A stretch of DNA of 32,000 nt. It comes from an uncultured Chloroflexia bacterium (GTDB lineage: Bacteria; Chloroflexota; Ktedonobacteria; Ktedonobacterales; JADMIN01). The notes under the pieces were generated by a model. That model searched no databases. It was given only the letters and a program-made list of their open reading frames with translations, and was not told the DNA's origin. The position numbers and the translations under genes are program-made. This document shows, one piece after another, positions 7,484 to 15,758 of this stretch. The stretch's first letter is position 1. Each line of letters begins with the position of its first letter. The DNA is taken from the NCBI GenBank assembly GCA_963718915.1, contig CAVRAI010000004.1, positions 660,001 to 692,000 on the forward strand, written 5' to 3'.

Positions 7484-8215
7484 ATGAGTCTCCTCGAAGT
7501 CCACAGCATATCCAAAGCGTTCGGCGGCATTCACGCGCTCGATGACTGCTCGCTGGCGGTCGAACAAGGCTCGATCACCGGGTTGATCGGCCCCAATGGC
7601 TCAGGCAAGACAACGCTTTTCAACGTGATCACTGGCTACGAAAGGCCTGACGCGGGCACTGTCACGTTCAAGGGAGCTAACGTTACGAATGCTACCCCCA
7701 GCACAATTTTTGGCCTCGGAATGGGACGCACGTTTCAGCTCGTTCGGATATTTTCGCGCCTGACGGTCATGGAGAACATGCATATCGCCGTGCAACGGCG
7801 TGGGATCCGTTCTCTGCTCCGTCGGTGGACCGCGCCAGACGAGCGAGCGCACGCACAAGAACTGCTCGATTTCGTGGGCATTTCGCATCTCACCGACGCG
7901 CCCGCGGAAAATCTCTCCTATGGTCAGAAGAAATTGCTTGAATTCGCCATGATTCTGATCGCCGAACCACAGGTGGTACTGCTTGACGAACCTGCTGGGG
8001 GGGTGAATCCAACTCTGGCGGCTCAACTGACCGACCGCATCAAAACGCTGAACCAGCGCGGCATCACCTTCCTTATTGTCGAGCATAATATGCAATTTGT
8101 AATGAGCCTGTGCGACAAGGTCGCCGTCATGCATCGCGGTTCCCTGCTCACCGAGGGCACTCCCGATCAGGTACGCGGCAACCCGGCTGTGCTCGAGGCT
8201 TACCTAGGAGACTGA
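7484..8215 (+). CDS. ABC transporter ATP-binding protein, LivG type
   Basis: Walker A GPNGSGKTT, signature LSYGQKK, Walker B VVLLDEP, and the LivG-type C-terminus NPAVLEAYLG. GAGG lies 8 nt upstream of the ATG. Confidence 0.92.
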   Translation: MSLLEVHSISKAFGGIHALDDCSLAVEQGSITGLIGPNGSGKTTLFNVITGYERPDAGTVTFKGANVTNATPSTIFGLGMGRTFQLVRIFSRLTVMENMHIAVQRRGIRSLLRRWTAPDERAHAQELLDFVGISHLTDAPAENLSYGQKKLLEFAMILIAEPQVVLLDEPAGGVNPTLAAQLTDRIKTLNQRGITFLIVEHNMQFVMSLCDKVAVMHRGSLLTEGTPDQVRGNPAVLEAYLGD

Positions 8216-8219
8216 GACC

Positions 8220-8951
8220 ATGGTGCTGCAGCTCGATTCTGTCTACGCTGGCTACGGCGGAGGTGATGTCCTTCGGGGTATTAACCTCAACGTCGAGCAA
8301 GGCTCAATCACCTGTATTGTCGGGCCAAACGGCGCGGGCAAGTCAACGGTGATGGCGGCCATCAGTGGCCTGCTGAAGCCGCGCCAGGGTGACATCATCT
8401 TTGATGGCAGGTCTATTCGCGGGCTAAGTCCGCAACAGATCCTGGCACGAGGACTTGCCCTGGTACCCCAGGCGCACAGCCTTTTCCCCGACTTGACGGT
8501 GCGCGAGAACGTCGAGCTAGGTGCATACATGCTTAACGATGCCGCTCTCGTTCGGCGCCGACTTGCAGAAGTCGAGGCGCTCTTTCCGATTGTGCGAGAG
8601 CGCGCCGCTGAAAAGGCAGGCAGTCTCTCGGGGGGGCAGCAGCGTCAGGTAGAGTTTGCCCGGTCGCTCATGCTGGATCCCGCGCTCGTGATGCTGGATG
8701 AGCCGTCTATGAGCCTGGATCCCAAAACAGCCAAAGAAATGTTCAAAACAGTCAAACACATGAATGAGTCTGGGCGTACGATTCTGCTGGTTGAGCAGAA
8801 TGTCCGTAGTGGCCTGGGCGTCGCCACTCATGGTGTGGTGATGGAGAGTGGGAAAGTGCGGCTGACAGGCCCCGCTCAGGACATCCTTGGCAATCCAGAG
8901 ATCAGCGCCCTCTATCTCGGCGGCTCGCTGGAAGACACACACGCCAGTTAA
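8220..8951 (+). CDS. ABC transporter ATP-binding protein, LivF type
   Basis: Walker A GPNGAGKST, signature LSGGQQRQ, Walker B LVMLDEP, and C-terminal NPEISALYLG. AGGAG lies 9 nt upstream. The gap after the LivG-type gene is 4 nt. Confidence 0.92.
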   Translation: MVLQLDSVYAGYGGGDVLRGINLNVEQGSITCIVGPNGAGKSTVMAAISGLLKPRQGDIIFDGRSIRGLSPQQILARGLALVPQAHSLFPDLTVRENVELGAYMLNDAALVRRRLAEVEALFPIVRERAAEKAGSLSGGQQRQVEFARSLMLDPALVMLDEPSMSLDPKTAKEMFKTVKHMNESGRTILLVEQNVRSGLGVATHGVVMESGKVRLTGPAQDILGNPEISALYLGGSLEDTHAS

Positions 8952-9025
8952 TCCATCACGCGCTCGCCAGATATCACGGAGGCCTGTGCCATACGACTCG
9001 CCCATCGTAAGGAGTCGCGGGGCCG

Positions 9026-10189
9026 ATGAGCAACGATCCCAACAATACACAACCGCGTTTCTCAGACGGTGAGTTCGCGCGTCGCCATAAGGCTGTCCGG
9101 AATATGATGGCCAAGCACGGACTTGACGCGCTCGTCGTCTACGGTGCGGTCGGCAGCTTCTCTGAGGTGCATTACCTCACAGGTTTTCGCACGGCGCGGG
9201 AAGCTTATCTGGTCGTGCCTGCCGAAGGCGAACCGACGTTGTTTGTCCAGTATTTCAACCACGTCTCTTATGCGCGTCGTCGTGCGCACGTTGCCGATGT
9301 GCGGTGGGCTGGCGCACAGGGTGTATCTTCCCTGGTGACGCACCTGAGTGACCGTGGATTCAACTCTGGGCGAATTGGGTTAGTTGGCGCCCTTCCCTGG
9401 CAGCAGCATCTCGCGCTCTGCACAGAAATGCCGCGCGTGGAATTCTCGGATACCACGACACCGTTCCAGCATCTGCGGCTCATCAAGAGCGAGGAGGAGC
9501 TTACCTTCCTGCGGCGCGGTGCGGAACTCAGTGACCTGGCGATGGAAGCGCTTGAGCGGGAGGCGCGTCCGGGCATCGCTGAATACGAACTGGCCGCCAT
9601 CGTCGAGGGCGCATACGCGCCGCTTGGTGGGCAGACGCACATCCACTACATGGCAACTACACCCATGCGCAACCCGCAACTCTGCGTCCCAGCACAGTTC
9701 CAGTCAGATCGTGTCCTGCGGGCGGGTGATGTACTCATCACCGAAATTAGCGCGCAGTACGATGGATACCCAGGCCAGATACTACGTCCCTTCAGCATCG
9801 GCGAGCCGCCGACTGCGGACTACCGGCGCATGTACGACCTTGCTGTGCATGTCTTCGAGAGCATCGCAGCAGTCGTTCGGCACGGCGCGGTGGCGGAAGA
9901 TGTTCTTGATGCAGCGGAGGGGATCGCTGCCGCGGGTTATACTATCTGCGACGATCTGCTGCATGGCTTCGGCGGAGGCTACTTTGCTCCGCTGGTGCGA
10001 ACCAGGCAGACAGGCGGCACGCGCCATCCTGGATTTGTCTTCGCCGAAGATATGACGGTTGTCATCCAGCCGAATGTGATCACACACGACGAGCGTATGG
10101 GCGTGCAGGTGGGCGAACTTGTGCGTGTCACGCGCACCGGCATCGAACGACTGCATCGCTATCCAATGCGCTTCACCCAGTGTGGCTAA
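9026..10189 (+). CDS. M24-fold protein (creatinase / Xaa-Pro peptidase family) with substituted metal ligands
   Basis: The creatinase/prolidase-type N-domain (FARRHKAVRNMMAKHGLDALVVYG) is followed by a pita-bread domain (GDVLITEISAQYDGYPGQILRPF, LHGFGGGY, MTVVIQPNV). AAGGAG lies upstream of ATG 9026. Confidence 0.8.
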   Translation: MSNDPNNTQPRFSDGEFARRHKAVRNMMAKHGLDALVVYGAVGSFSEVHYLTGFRTAREAYLVVPAEGEPTLFVQYFNHVSYARRRAHVADVRWAGAQGVSSLVTHLSDRGFNSGRIGLVGALPWQQHLALCTEMPRVEFSDTTTPFQHLRLIKSEEELTFLRRGAELSDLAMEALEREARPGIAEYELAAIVEGAYAPLGGQTHIHYMATTPMRNPQLCVPAQFQSDRVLRAGDVLITEISAQYDGYPGQILRPFSIGEPPTADYRRMYDLAVHVFESIAAVVRHGAVAEDVLDAAEGIAAAGYTICDDLLHGFGGGYFAPLVRTRQTGGTRHPGFVFAEDMTVVIQPNVITHDERMGVQVGELVRVTRTGIERLHRYPMRFTQCG

Positions 10190-10344
10190 CGCGACTGGCC
10201 CGGCGCAATTCTGAGCAAGCACGCTCCTCTGCATTCAATCATCCGCAATCAATCGGTCAAGGTCACTATACATCGTCCCGCTGCTCTGCTACACTCCAGC
10301 TACGGATCACCCCCACGTTCCTTTCGCGGCGAAAGCGAGTCTAC

Positions 10345-12837
10345 ATGGCCACGCCACCTACAGCCATATCCATCGCACGTCCCCTGCTTGGTGGATACGC
10401 GCTGGTCGCGGTGACACTGGCCTGGATCGCGGGAATCGTATTGCGTTCCGTGGGGCCGCTGTCTCTCTTGCTACCCTGGGTATGGCTGCTCGTTGGCGTG
10501 CCTGCCTTCATGGTGATTATCATCCTCGTCTGGCGGAGATCTCTGTCTGGCGGCGCTGGCAGACGTTTCGCGCTGATCCTCGCTATCCTCCTTTTCGCCA
10601 TAGCCTTCGGAGCGGCGCGAGCAGCATGGACAGACCCTGCCAGTGATCCGCATGCTATCAGCTATCTACCGCTGAACACGCCATTGAGATTGCGCGGCGA
10701 GGTGGCGGCCGAACCAGACATTCGCGGCGGCTATCGCTACCTGCTGGTGGATGTCAGCGCGGCCAGCCTAGATAGTGGCGCAACCTGGCAACCAGCGGTG
10801 GGGCGTGCCAGCGTGACTGTCAATGGGGCCGATGACTGGTTCGCGCCCGCTTACGGCGATACGCTGAGCCTGAGCGGCATGCTCAACCCCGTGCAGCCTG
10901 GCCCAAGTGGAGTCCTTGCCGAGATGCATGGCGCGCAGGTGAGTATCATGGCGCGTGGCGGCGGTAATCCATTGCTGGCAATACTCTTCGATCTGCGCCT
11001 GCGGCTGGCTGAATCTATCCAGCGCATGCTGCCAGAGCCAGAAGCGGCGCTACTCATCGGCATTCTGCTCGGCTTCAAAACACCCGTTTTGCGTTCGCGC
11101 CTGACCCTCTTTACCGCAACCGGTACCATTCATCTGGTCGTGCCCGCTGGACTCAAAGTGGCTATGCTTGCCGAAATTGCCCGCCGCACTTTGCGTCCGC
11201 TGGGTCGGTGGCCGAGGCTGGGTGGATCGCTTGCGGCGGTTGCCCTCTATGCCGCGATTGGCGGCGGAGGACCAGCGGCTGTGCGCGCTGCCATCATGGG
11301 CGCGCTGCTCGTGCTCTCCGGGGCGCTGGGACGTCGTTACAATGTCTTCACCGCGTTGGCGTTGGCAGTGCTTATCATGACTGCCATCGAGCCGCTGCTG
11401 GTCTACGACGCGGGCTTCCAGCTCACCACGCTCGCTACGCTTGGCATCCCGCTCCTGACACCACCGCTGCAGCGGTTGCTCATGCTCGTGCTGGGCACAC
11501 TGGGTCACGGCATTGGCGCTGGCATCGCGGAATCGCTGGCAGTGACCATGGCAGCGCAGATCGCCACGCTACCCGTTCTGGCGCTGACCTTCGGTGAAGT
11601 GTCGCTGATCGCGCCTATCGCCAACCTGCTGACGGTGCCGCTCCTGGCGCCACTACTCGTTCTGGGAGAACTACTTGCCCTGTTCGGAGTGCTCGGCATC
11701 CCTCTGTTCGGCATCCTGGCGCTGGCATTGAGCTGGGTTGTCTGGCCGCTGCTCTGGTACGTTAATGCTGCCATTGCACTCTGCGCGTCGCTACCAGACG
11801 CGGCGTTGGCCGTTGTCGGGCTGCCACTCATAGTAGCCTGGGGATATTATCTCCTCCTGGCCATAGGTGGATGGCGGATGGCGCCGCTGCTGCGACGTTG
11901 GACCGCCGCACTGAACGCGCAGCAGATGCATAGCCGGATCAGCCGGAGCGCGATTATCGTGCTGCTGGTGGTTGCGCTGCTTGGCGCTGGAGGGGCGGCC
12001 GCGCCCGCACTGGCCGCTGGGGAAGCGGCCCATCTCGACTTCCTCGATGTCGGTCCGGGTGGCGCGGCGACGCTGTTACGCCTGCCATCCGGTATAACGG
12101 CGCTGCTGGATGGCGGCCCCGACGGCCCCACGCTAGAAGGCGCGCTGGCCGGGCGCCTCCCTTTCTGGCAACACGCGCTCGATCTGGCAGTGTTGACCGA
12201 TCATCGCGCTGGCGCTGTGCGCGGCCTGGACGACGCTGCCACACACTTCACCATCACTCGCGCAGTCGATGCGGGCGCGTTTCACCCGACAACTGAGTAT
12301 CTCGCCTGGCGCGACGCGATGACCCATGCGGGCGCGACCTACTCACAGGTACGCCAGGGCGATGTGCTGCATCTGGATGAGTCCACAACATTGACAGTAC
12401 TTGCGCCGCCTCAAGCCCTCTTTCCTTCGCAGCAGGGCGTCACAACCGCCAGCAACGACCTCATTCTCCGGCTGGATACGCCCGGTCTGCGCGCGCTCTT
12501 TCTGGGAGCTGCGGACTCCTATGCGCTCGATGCGCTGGCAGGCTCGGGACAATCCCTTTCTGCCGATGTCGTGGAGTTAGCGCTGGTACCTGGCGAGACG
12601 CTGGATGTAAGCGGGGCGCTGGGTGACGTGCTCTTCAAAGCGCATCCCCGGCTGGTGGTCATCTGCGACGCGCCGATTGCCCCAGACTCGGTCACGGCGC
12701 GCGCGCGTGTACATGGCGAGAACTGGACCTCCGACACCGACGCGGCGACAGCGCTGGGAGCGCTGGTCTATCGCACCAGCGAGGCAGGCATCATCAGTCT
12801 GAGCGGAGACGCAAGCGGCTGGCATCTCGGCGGATAA
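10345..12837 (+). CDS. comEC: ComEC/Rec2-family DNA internalisation channel protein
   Basis: ORF 10180..12837. The start is moved to ATG 10345 (MATPPTAISIARPLLGGYALVAV...) because the upstream part is Arg/Ser-rich non-membrane sequence. The protein has an N-terminal OB-like domain, a polytopic competence domain (LFTATGTIHLVVPAGLKVAML) and a C-terminal metallo-beta-lactamase-like domain (LDFLDVGPGGAATLLRLPSGITALLDGG). Confidence 0.85.
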   Translation: MATPPTAISIARPLLGGYALVAVTLAWIAGIVLRSVGPLSLLLPWVWLLVGVPAFMVIIILVWRRSLSGGAGRRFALILAILLFAIAFGAARAAWTDPASDPHAISYLPLNTPLRLRGEVAAEPDIRGGYRYLLVDVSAASLDSGATWQPAVGRASVTVNGADDWFAPAYGDTLSLSGMLNPVQPGPSGVLAEMHGAQVSIMARGGGNPLLAILFDLRLRLAESIQRMLPEPEAALLIGILLGFKTPVLRSRLTLFTATGTIHLVVPAGLKVAMLAEIARRTLRPLGRWPRLGGSLAAVALYAAIGGGGPAAVRAAIMGALLVLSGALGRRYNVFTALALAVLIMTAIEPLLVYDAGFQLTTLATLGIPLLTPPLQRLLMLVLGTLGHGIGAGIAESLAVTMAAQIATLPVLALTFGEVSLIAPIANLLTVPLLAPLLVLGELLALFGVLGIPLFGILALALSWVVWPLLWYVNAAIALCASLPDAALAVVGLPLIVAWGYYLLLAIGGWRMAPLLRRWTAALNAQQMHSRISRSAIIVLLVVALLGAGGAAAPALAAGEAAHLDFLDVGPGGAATLLRLPSGITALLDGGPDGPTLEGALAGRLPFWQHALDLAVLTDHRAGAVRGLDDAATHFTITRAVDAGAFHPTTEYLAWRDAMTHAGATYSQVRQGDVLHLDESTTLTVLAPPQALFPSQQGVTTASNDLILRLDTPGLRALFLGAADSYALDALAGSGQSLSADVVELALVPGETLDVSGALGDVLFKAHPRLVVICDAPIAPDSVTARARVHGENWTSDTDAATALGALVYRTSEAGIISLSGDASGWHLGG

Positions 12838-12844
12838 GTGGTTC

Positions 12845-13165
12845 TTATGAGGCGGTGGCGTTGCCCAGCCGTTCCCACAGGCCGAGTCGCTGTAACTCTT
12901 GGCGCGCCTCGAAGCCGAACAACTCGCGGTCGATCTGGCGTCCCGCGCGCAGCACAATCTCGCGCAGCATCTCGATGCACTCGGATTTGGTGCGCGGGTC
13001 AGTCTCGAAGGGGATATGCTGGGCCAGCCGCTCAATCGCCTGTTGATCGTGCCAGTTGCCTGGTGTAGTGCCCATAGCGCCAGTCACTTTCTTACACAGA
13101 CTGAGCTTCATTCTCTGGTTAAACATGGTACCATGCCCGCCCCAACCAGACAATGGGCATATCAT
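12845..13165 (-). CDS. Hypothetical small protein (start uncertain: 13165, 13126 or 13111)
   Basis: The product has soluble-looking composition (GNWHDQQAIERLAQHIPFETDPRTKSECIEMLREIVLRAGRQIDRELFGFEARQELQRLGLWERL). GC3 over 61 counted codons is about 79 percent. The in-phase plus-strand ORF 12899..13195 gives about 67 percent. I recognise no family and see no clear SD. Confidence 0.45.
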   Translation of the reverse strand: MICPLSGWGGHGTMFNQRMKLSLCKKVTGAMGTTPGNWHDQQAIERLAQHIPFETDPRTKSECIEMLREIVLRAGRQIDRELFGFEARQELQRLGLWERLGNATAS

Positions 13166-13355
13166 AAGGCTGCCTGCTCTGTCACTATCACCTGACTTCC
13201 CCCATTGCTCCTATGAAAGCCCTGTTTTCTTGACCCGCCGCGTCCGGGACATGTATGGTGTGGGCGCGCTAACTCCCACTCGATGCGATCTTCGCTCTGA
13301 GGGATAAGAGCACGTCAATCACCTGGGTGACTAGCTGGGGCAGGAGGGAATACAA

Positions 13356-14501
13356 ATGCTGTGTGATCAGTGTGGATCGGAACGCCCACGGTCGGGACTG
13401 TGTCCTGAGTGCGGCGCGCCACCGCCAGGCACATATTCCTCCATGCGCGACTGGAAGGGGCGCGGCGCCCCCGGCGATAGCGATCGCCGGTCTCGTGGCG
13501 GCTCCAGTGGCTCCAGCAGTTCCAGCAGTTCTAGCAGTTCCAGGCGCGCGGATACATCTGGTCGGCGCGGACGCTCGGGCGAGCGCTGGGGTGGCAGTGG
13601 CGACAACTGGCAGGGTGATGGCTACGATGAGCCACCTGCGTCTCGCTCCAACCGCCGAAACCGCCGCCCTGCCGACGGCTATGATGAGATCGACCTTGAC
13701 CGCGCGCTGGTTCCAGCACGCAATGAGATGATGGCGCAGATGGAAAGCGGCGCTGGATTGCCAGCACTTCCCGGCTTCCCACAGACCGACGAAGAAGAGC
13801 GTATGCTGGGCATACGCCGCCCAGCCTTTATCCCGGCGACGAGCGAGAAACGCAAGAAGCGGCTCAGCTCCTGGCGTGTCATCAGTGGCGTGCTCAGCGT
13901 TATGCTTGCCTGCATCGCGTCATGCGCGGCGGCAGGCATCCTGGGCAAAGACAGGATCGAGGCGCTATGGAGCAAACCCATCACAATTGTCACGACACAG
14001 CCCGCGGTTGATCTCAGTGGCATACCTCTGACGCCAGTCGCGACCCCTGGACCAGCCGCCAAGCCGCTTTCGCAGGTGGTTACCGCCCTCCATCGCCAGG
14101 GCAACTGCAATCCGGTAGACCCCTCATCGTACTTCCATGCCACTGACGCCGTCTGGGTCTTCGTCATCCTCAAACAACCAGCGAAAGGGCATACGATCAG
14201 CGTCCGCTGGTTTGCGAACGGAACCGATGTCAATCCACCCTCGATAGATAAGACGACACTCACGCTGGGTGATAACAACGCAGGCGCGTGCTTCTCGCTG
14301 CAATACCCCTCACCCGGAAAAGGCATGGTGAAAGTCTATTGGGATCGGCCCGCGAACGATACAGGCAATGACCCCGCCGACCCGGCGCTCATGGCGACGA
14401 TCAGTTTCGCGGTTCTTCCCATCGGGTATGGTACGCCGACGCCTGGCCCTGTCGGAACGAATGTGCCAACAGCTGCGCCAACCGGTACGCCGAAGAAATA
14501 G
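13356..14501 (+). CDS. Zinc-ribbon membrane protein (cytoplasmic CxxC-x10-CxxC, disordered Ser/Arg/Gly linker, one TM helix, extracytoplasmic domain)
   Basis: AGGAGGG lies 7 nt upstream of ATG 13356. The N-terminus is MLCDQCGSERPRSGLCPECG. The TM segment is WRVISGVLSVMLACIASCAAAGIL. The C-terminal domain of about 170 aa ends in a Pro/Thr-rich tail. Confidence 0.8.
   Translation: MLCDQCGSERPRSGLCPECGAPPPGTYSSMRDWKGRGAPGDSDRRSRGGSSGSSSSSSSSSSRRADTSGRRGRSGERWGGSGDNWQGDGYDEPPASRSNRRNRRPADGYDEIDLDRALVPARNEMMAQMESGAGLPALPGFPQTDEEERMLGIRRPAFIPATSEKRKKRLSSWRVISGVLSVMLACIASCAAAGILGKDRIEALWSKPITIVTTQPAVDLSGIPLTPVATPGPAAKPLSQVVTALHRQGNCNPVDPSSYFHATDAVWVFVILKQPAKGHTISVRWFANGTDVNPPSIDKTTLTLGDNNAGACFSLQYPSPGKGMVKVYWDRPANDTGNDPADPALMATISFAVLPIGYGTPTPGPVGTNVPTAAPTGTPKK
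13500..13544 (+). repeat. Coding 9-bp tandem repeat (TCCAGCAGT units) encoding a poly-Ser tract
   Basis: TCCAGCAGT at 13512..13520 and 13521..13529, TCTAGCAGT at 13530..13538, with partial units on both sides. It translates to GGSSGSSSSSSSSSSR. Confidence 0.8.
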
Positions 14502-14588
14502 CGCCGCCGCAGGATTGCCCGGGTATAGCGAGCGTATCGTATAGTAGTGTCTACAGGTAGACGTTGCACAGGGAACACGAGGCAGGAG

Positions 14589-15692
14589 ATGTCTGGCTAC
14601 GATCCGCGCTTCCCGCCGTTTGGGTCGTCAGGCGCTAACGATGCGAGCGACTGGGATGATTGGGATCCCGGTCGGGCGCGCCGTGGCTATACACAGCAGA
14701 TGCCAGCCATCTCCAACCTTCCACTGCCACCGGACCCAGCCAATATCGACCTACCTAGTATCGTCACACCCAGGCGGCCCACAAGCGGCCTTGATGCTCT
14801 CGGCCCGGCTGGCCTGGCGCTAAGCGCGCGCGCCGAAAGAGAAGATTTTCTGACCGTCAACTATGACATTCACGAGCCTGGATTTGTCGAACTCTACGAT
14901 GCGCTGTTCGTACCCCAGTGGTCCAGCCCATTTGGACGGCTCCTGCTCAGTATCTTTCTGACAATGCCGCGCGACACCGGTTGGCAGGTACTCGATGTCG
15001 GCTGTGGCACTGGCTACCCGGCGCTGGAACTTGCCCGATTTCTCGGCCAGGACTGCGATCTCGCGGGCATAGATATTTGGGAAGAGGCGATCCTGCTGGC
15101 GCGTCGCAAGGCTAGCGAAGAATGGCTGCGCAACGTGACCTTTCTGGCGGAAGACATCTGCGAGACGGCGCTACCTGAGGGTAGCTTCGATACGATCACC
15201 TGCAACCTGGCGCTCAGCAGTTTCGACGATCCACGGGCAGCGCTCGGGGCGATGTGGCGGCTCCTGCGCGCGGGCGGCCAGCTCATCGTGACGACTCCAT
15301 TACAGTCGGCGCTGCGAGAATTTCTCGATACCTACCATCTCACTCTCCGCGACCTAAAGCTGCAGGATTACATGCAGACGCTTGGAGCGCAGGTCGCCGC
15401 CCGACCGACGATCAACGCGGTGCAGCGACTGATCGAGGGATCGGGGTTTATCATCCGCCGTACCGTGACGGACAATTTTGCGCTACGCTTCCACGACCCG
15501 CGTGCGTTCCTGACGTCGCCACTGGCGCAGACGCTCTACCTTGGCACATGGCGCGACATCATCCCCGACATGACCATTCGTCGGCTCGTCTTCAACGAAG
15601 TGGAACGGCGTCTGCGCGTGCGCACGCAGGCGAATGGCGGCGAACTAGTCATGCATGTGCCGATGCTGTGCATTTCGGCGGAGCGCCCGTGA
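14589..15692 (+). CDS. Class I SAM-dependent methyltransferase with an N-terminal extension of about 110 aa that appears disordered
   Basis: ORF 14547..15692. ATG 14589 is preferred (GAGG 6 nt upstream). Motif I is VLDVGCGTGYPALELA, with the post-I acidic residue in AGIDIW and motif II/III in FDTITCNLAL...LLRAGGQLIV. Confidence 0.85.
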   Translation: MSGYDPRFPPFGSSGANDASDWDDWDPGRARRGYTQQMPAISNLPLPPDPANIDLPSIVTPRRPTSGLDALGPAGLALSARAEREDFLTVNYDIHEPGFVELYDALFVPQWSSPFGRLLLSIFLTMPRDTGWQVLDVGCGTGYPALELARFLGQDCDLAGIDIWEEAILLARRKASEEWLRNVTFLAEDICETALPEGSFDTITCNLALSSFDDPRAALGAMWRLLRAGGQLIVTTPLQSALREFLDTYHLTLRDLKLQDYMQTLGAQVAARPTINAVQRLIEGSGFIIRRTVTDNFALRFHDPRAFLTSPLAQTLYLGTWRDIIPDMTIRRLVFNEVERRLRVRTQANGGELVMHVPMLCISAERP

Positions 15693-15758
15693 TACCATAT
15701 GTTGAGGATATTGCGACAGCGCACTCCAGAAACGTTTGGCTGAGTGGAGGAAGCAGGC

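Noticed and set aside
12899-13195. Plus-strand 98-aa ORF overlapping the small hypothetical gene in the same codon phase.
   Set aside because: Its GC3 (about 67 percent) is lower than that of the minus-strand ORF (about 79 percent) over the same triplets. It has a TTG start without an SD, and the second half of the product looks non-protein-like. The choice remains uncertain.
13500-13544. The tandem repeat as a possible CRISPR-like or non-coding repeat array.
   Set aside because: The 9-bp units are contiguous without spacers and lie in frame inside a well-supported CDS. This is a poly-Ser coding microsatellite.
13679-14326. 215-aa ORF antisense to the zinc-ribbon protein gene. Similar long antisense or out-of-frame ORFs occur at 742..1188, 1405..1884, 7601..8134, 8517..9050, 9384..10055, 11050..11508, 19683..20051 and 27207..27794.
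   Set aside because: They lie entirely inside genes with clear family signatures on the other strand or frame. Their products are Arg/Ser/Pro/Ala-rich, the typical shadow-ORF composition in GC-rich DNA. They lack SD sequences.
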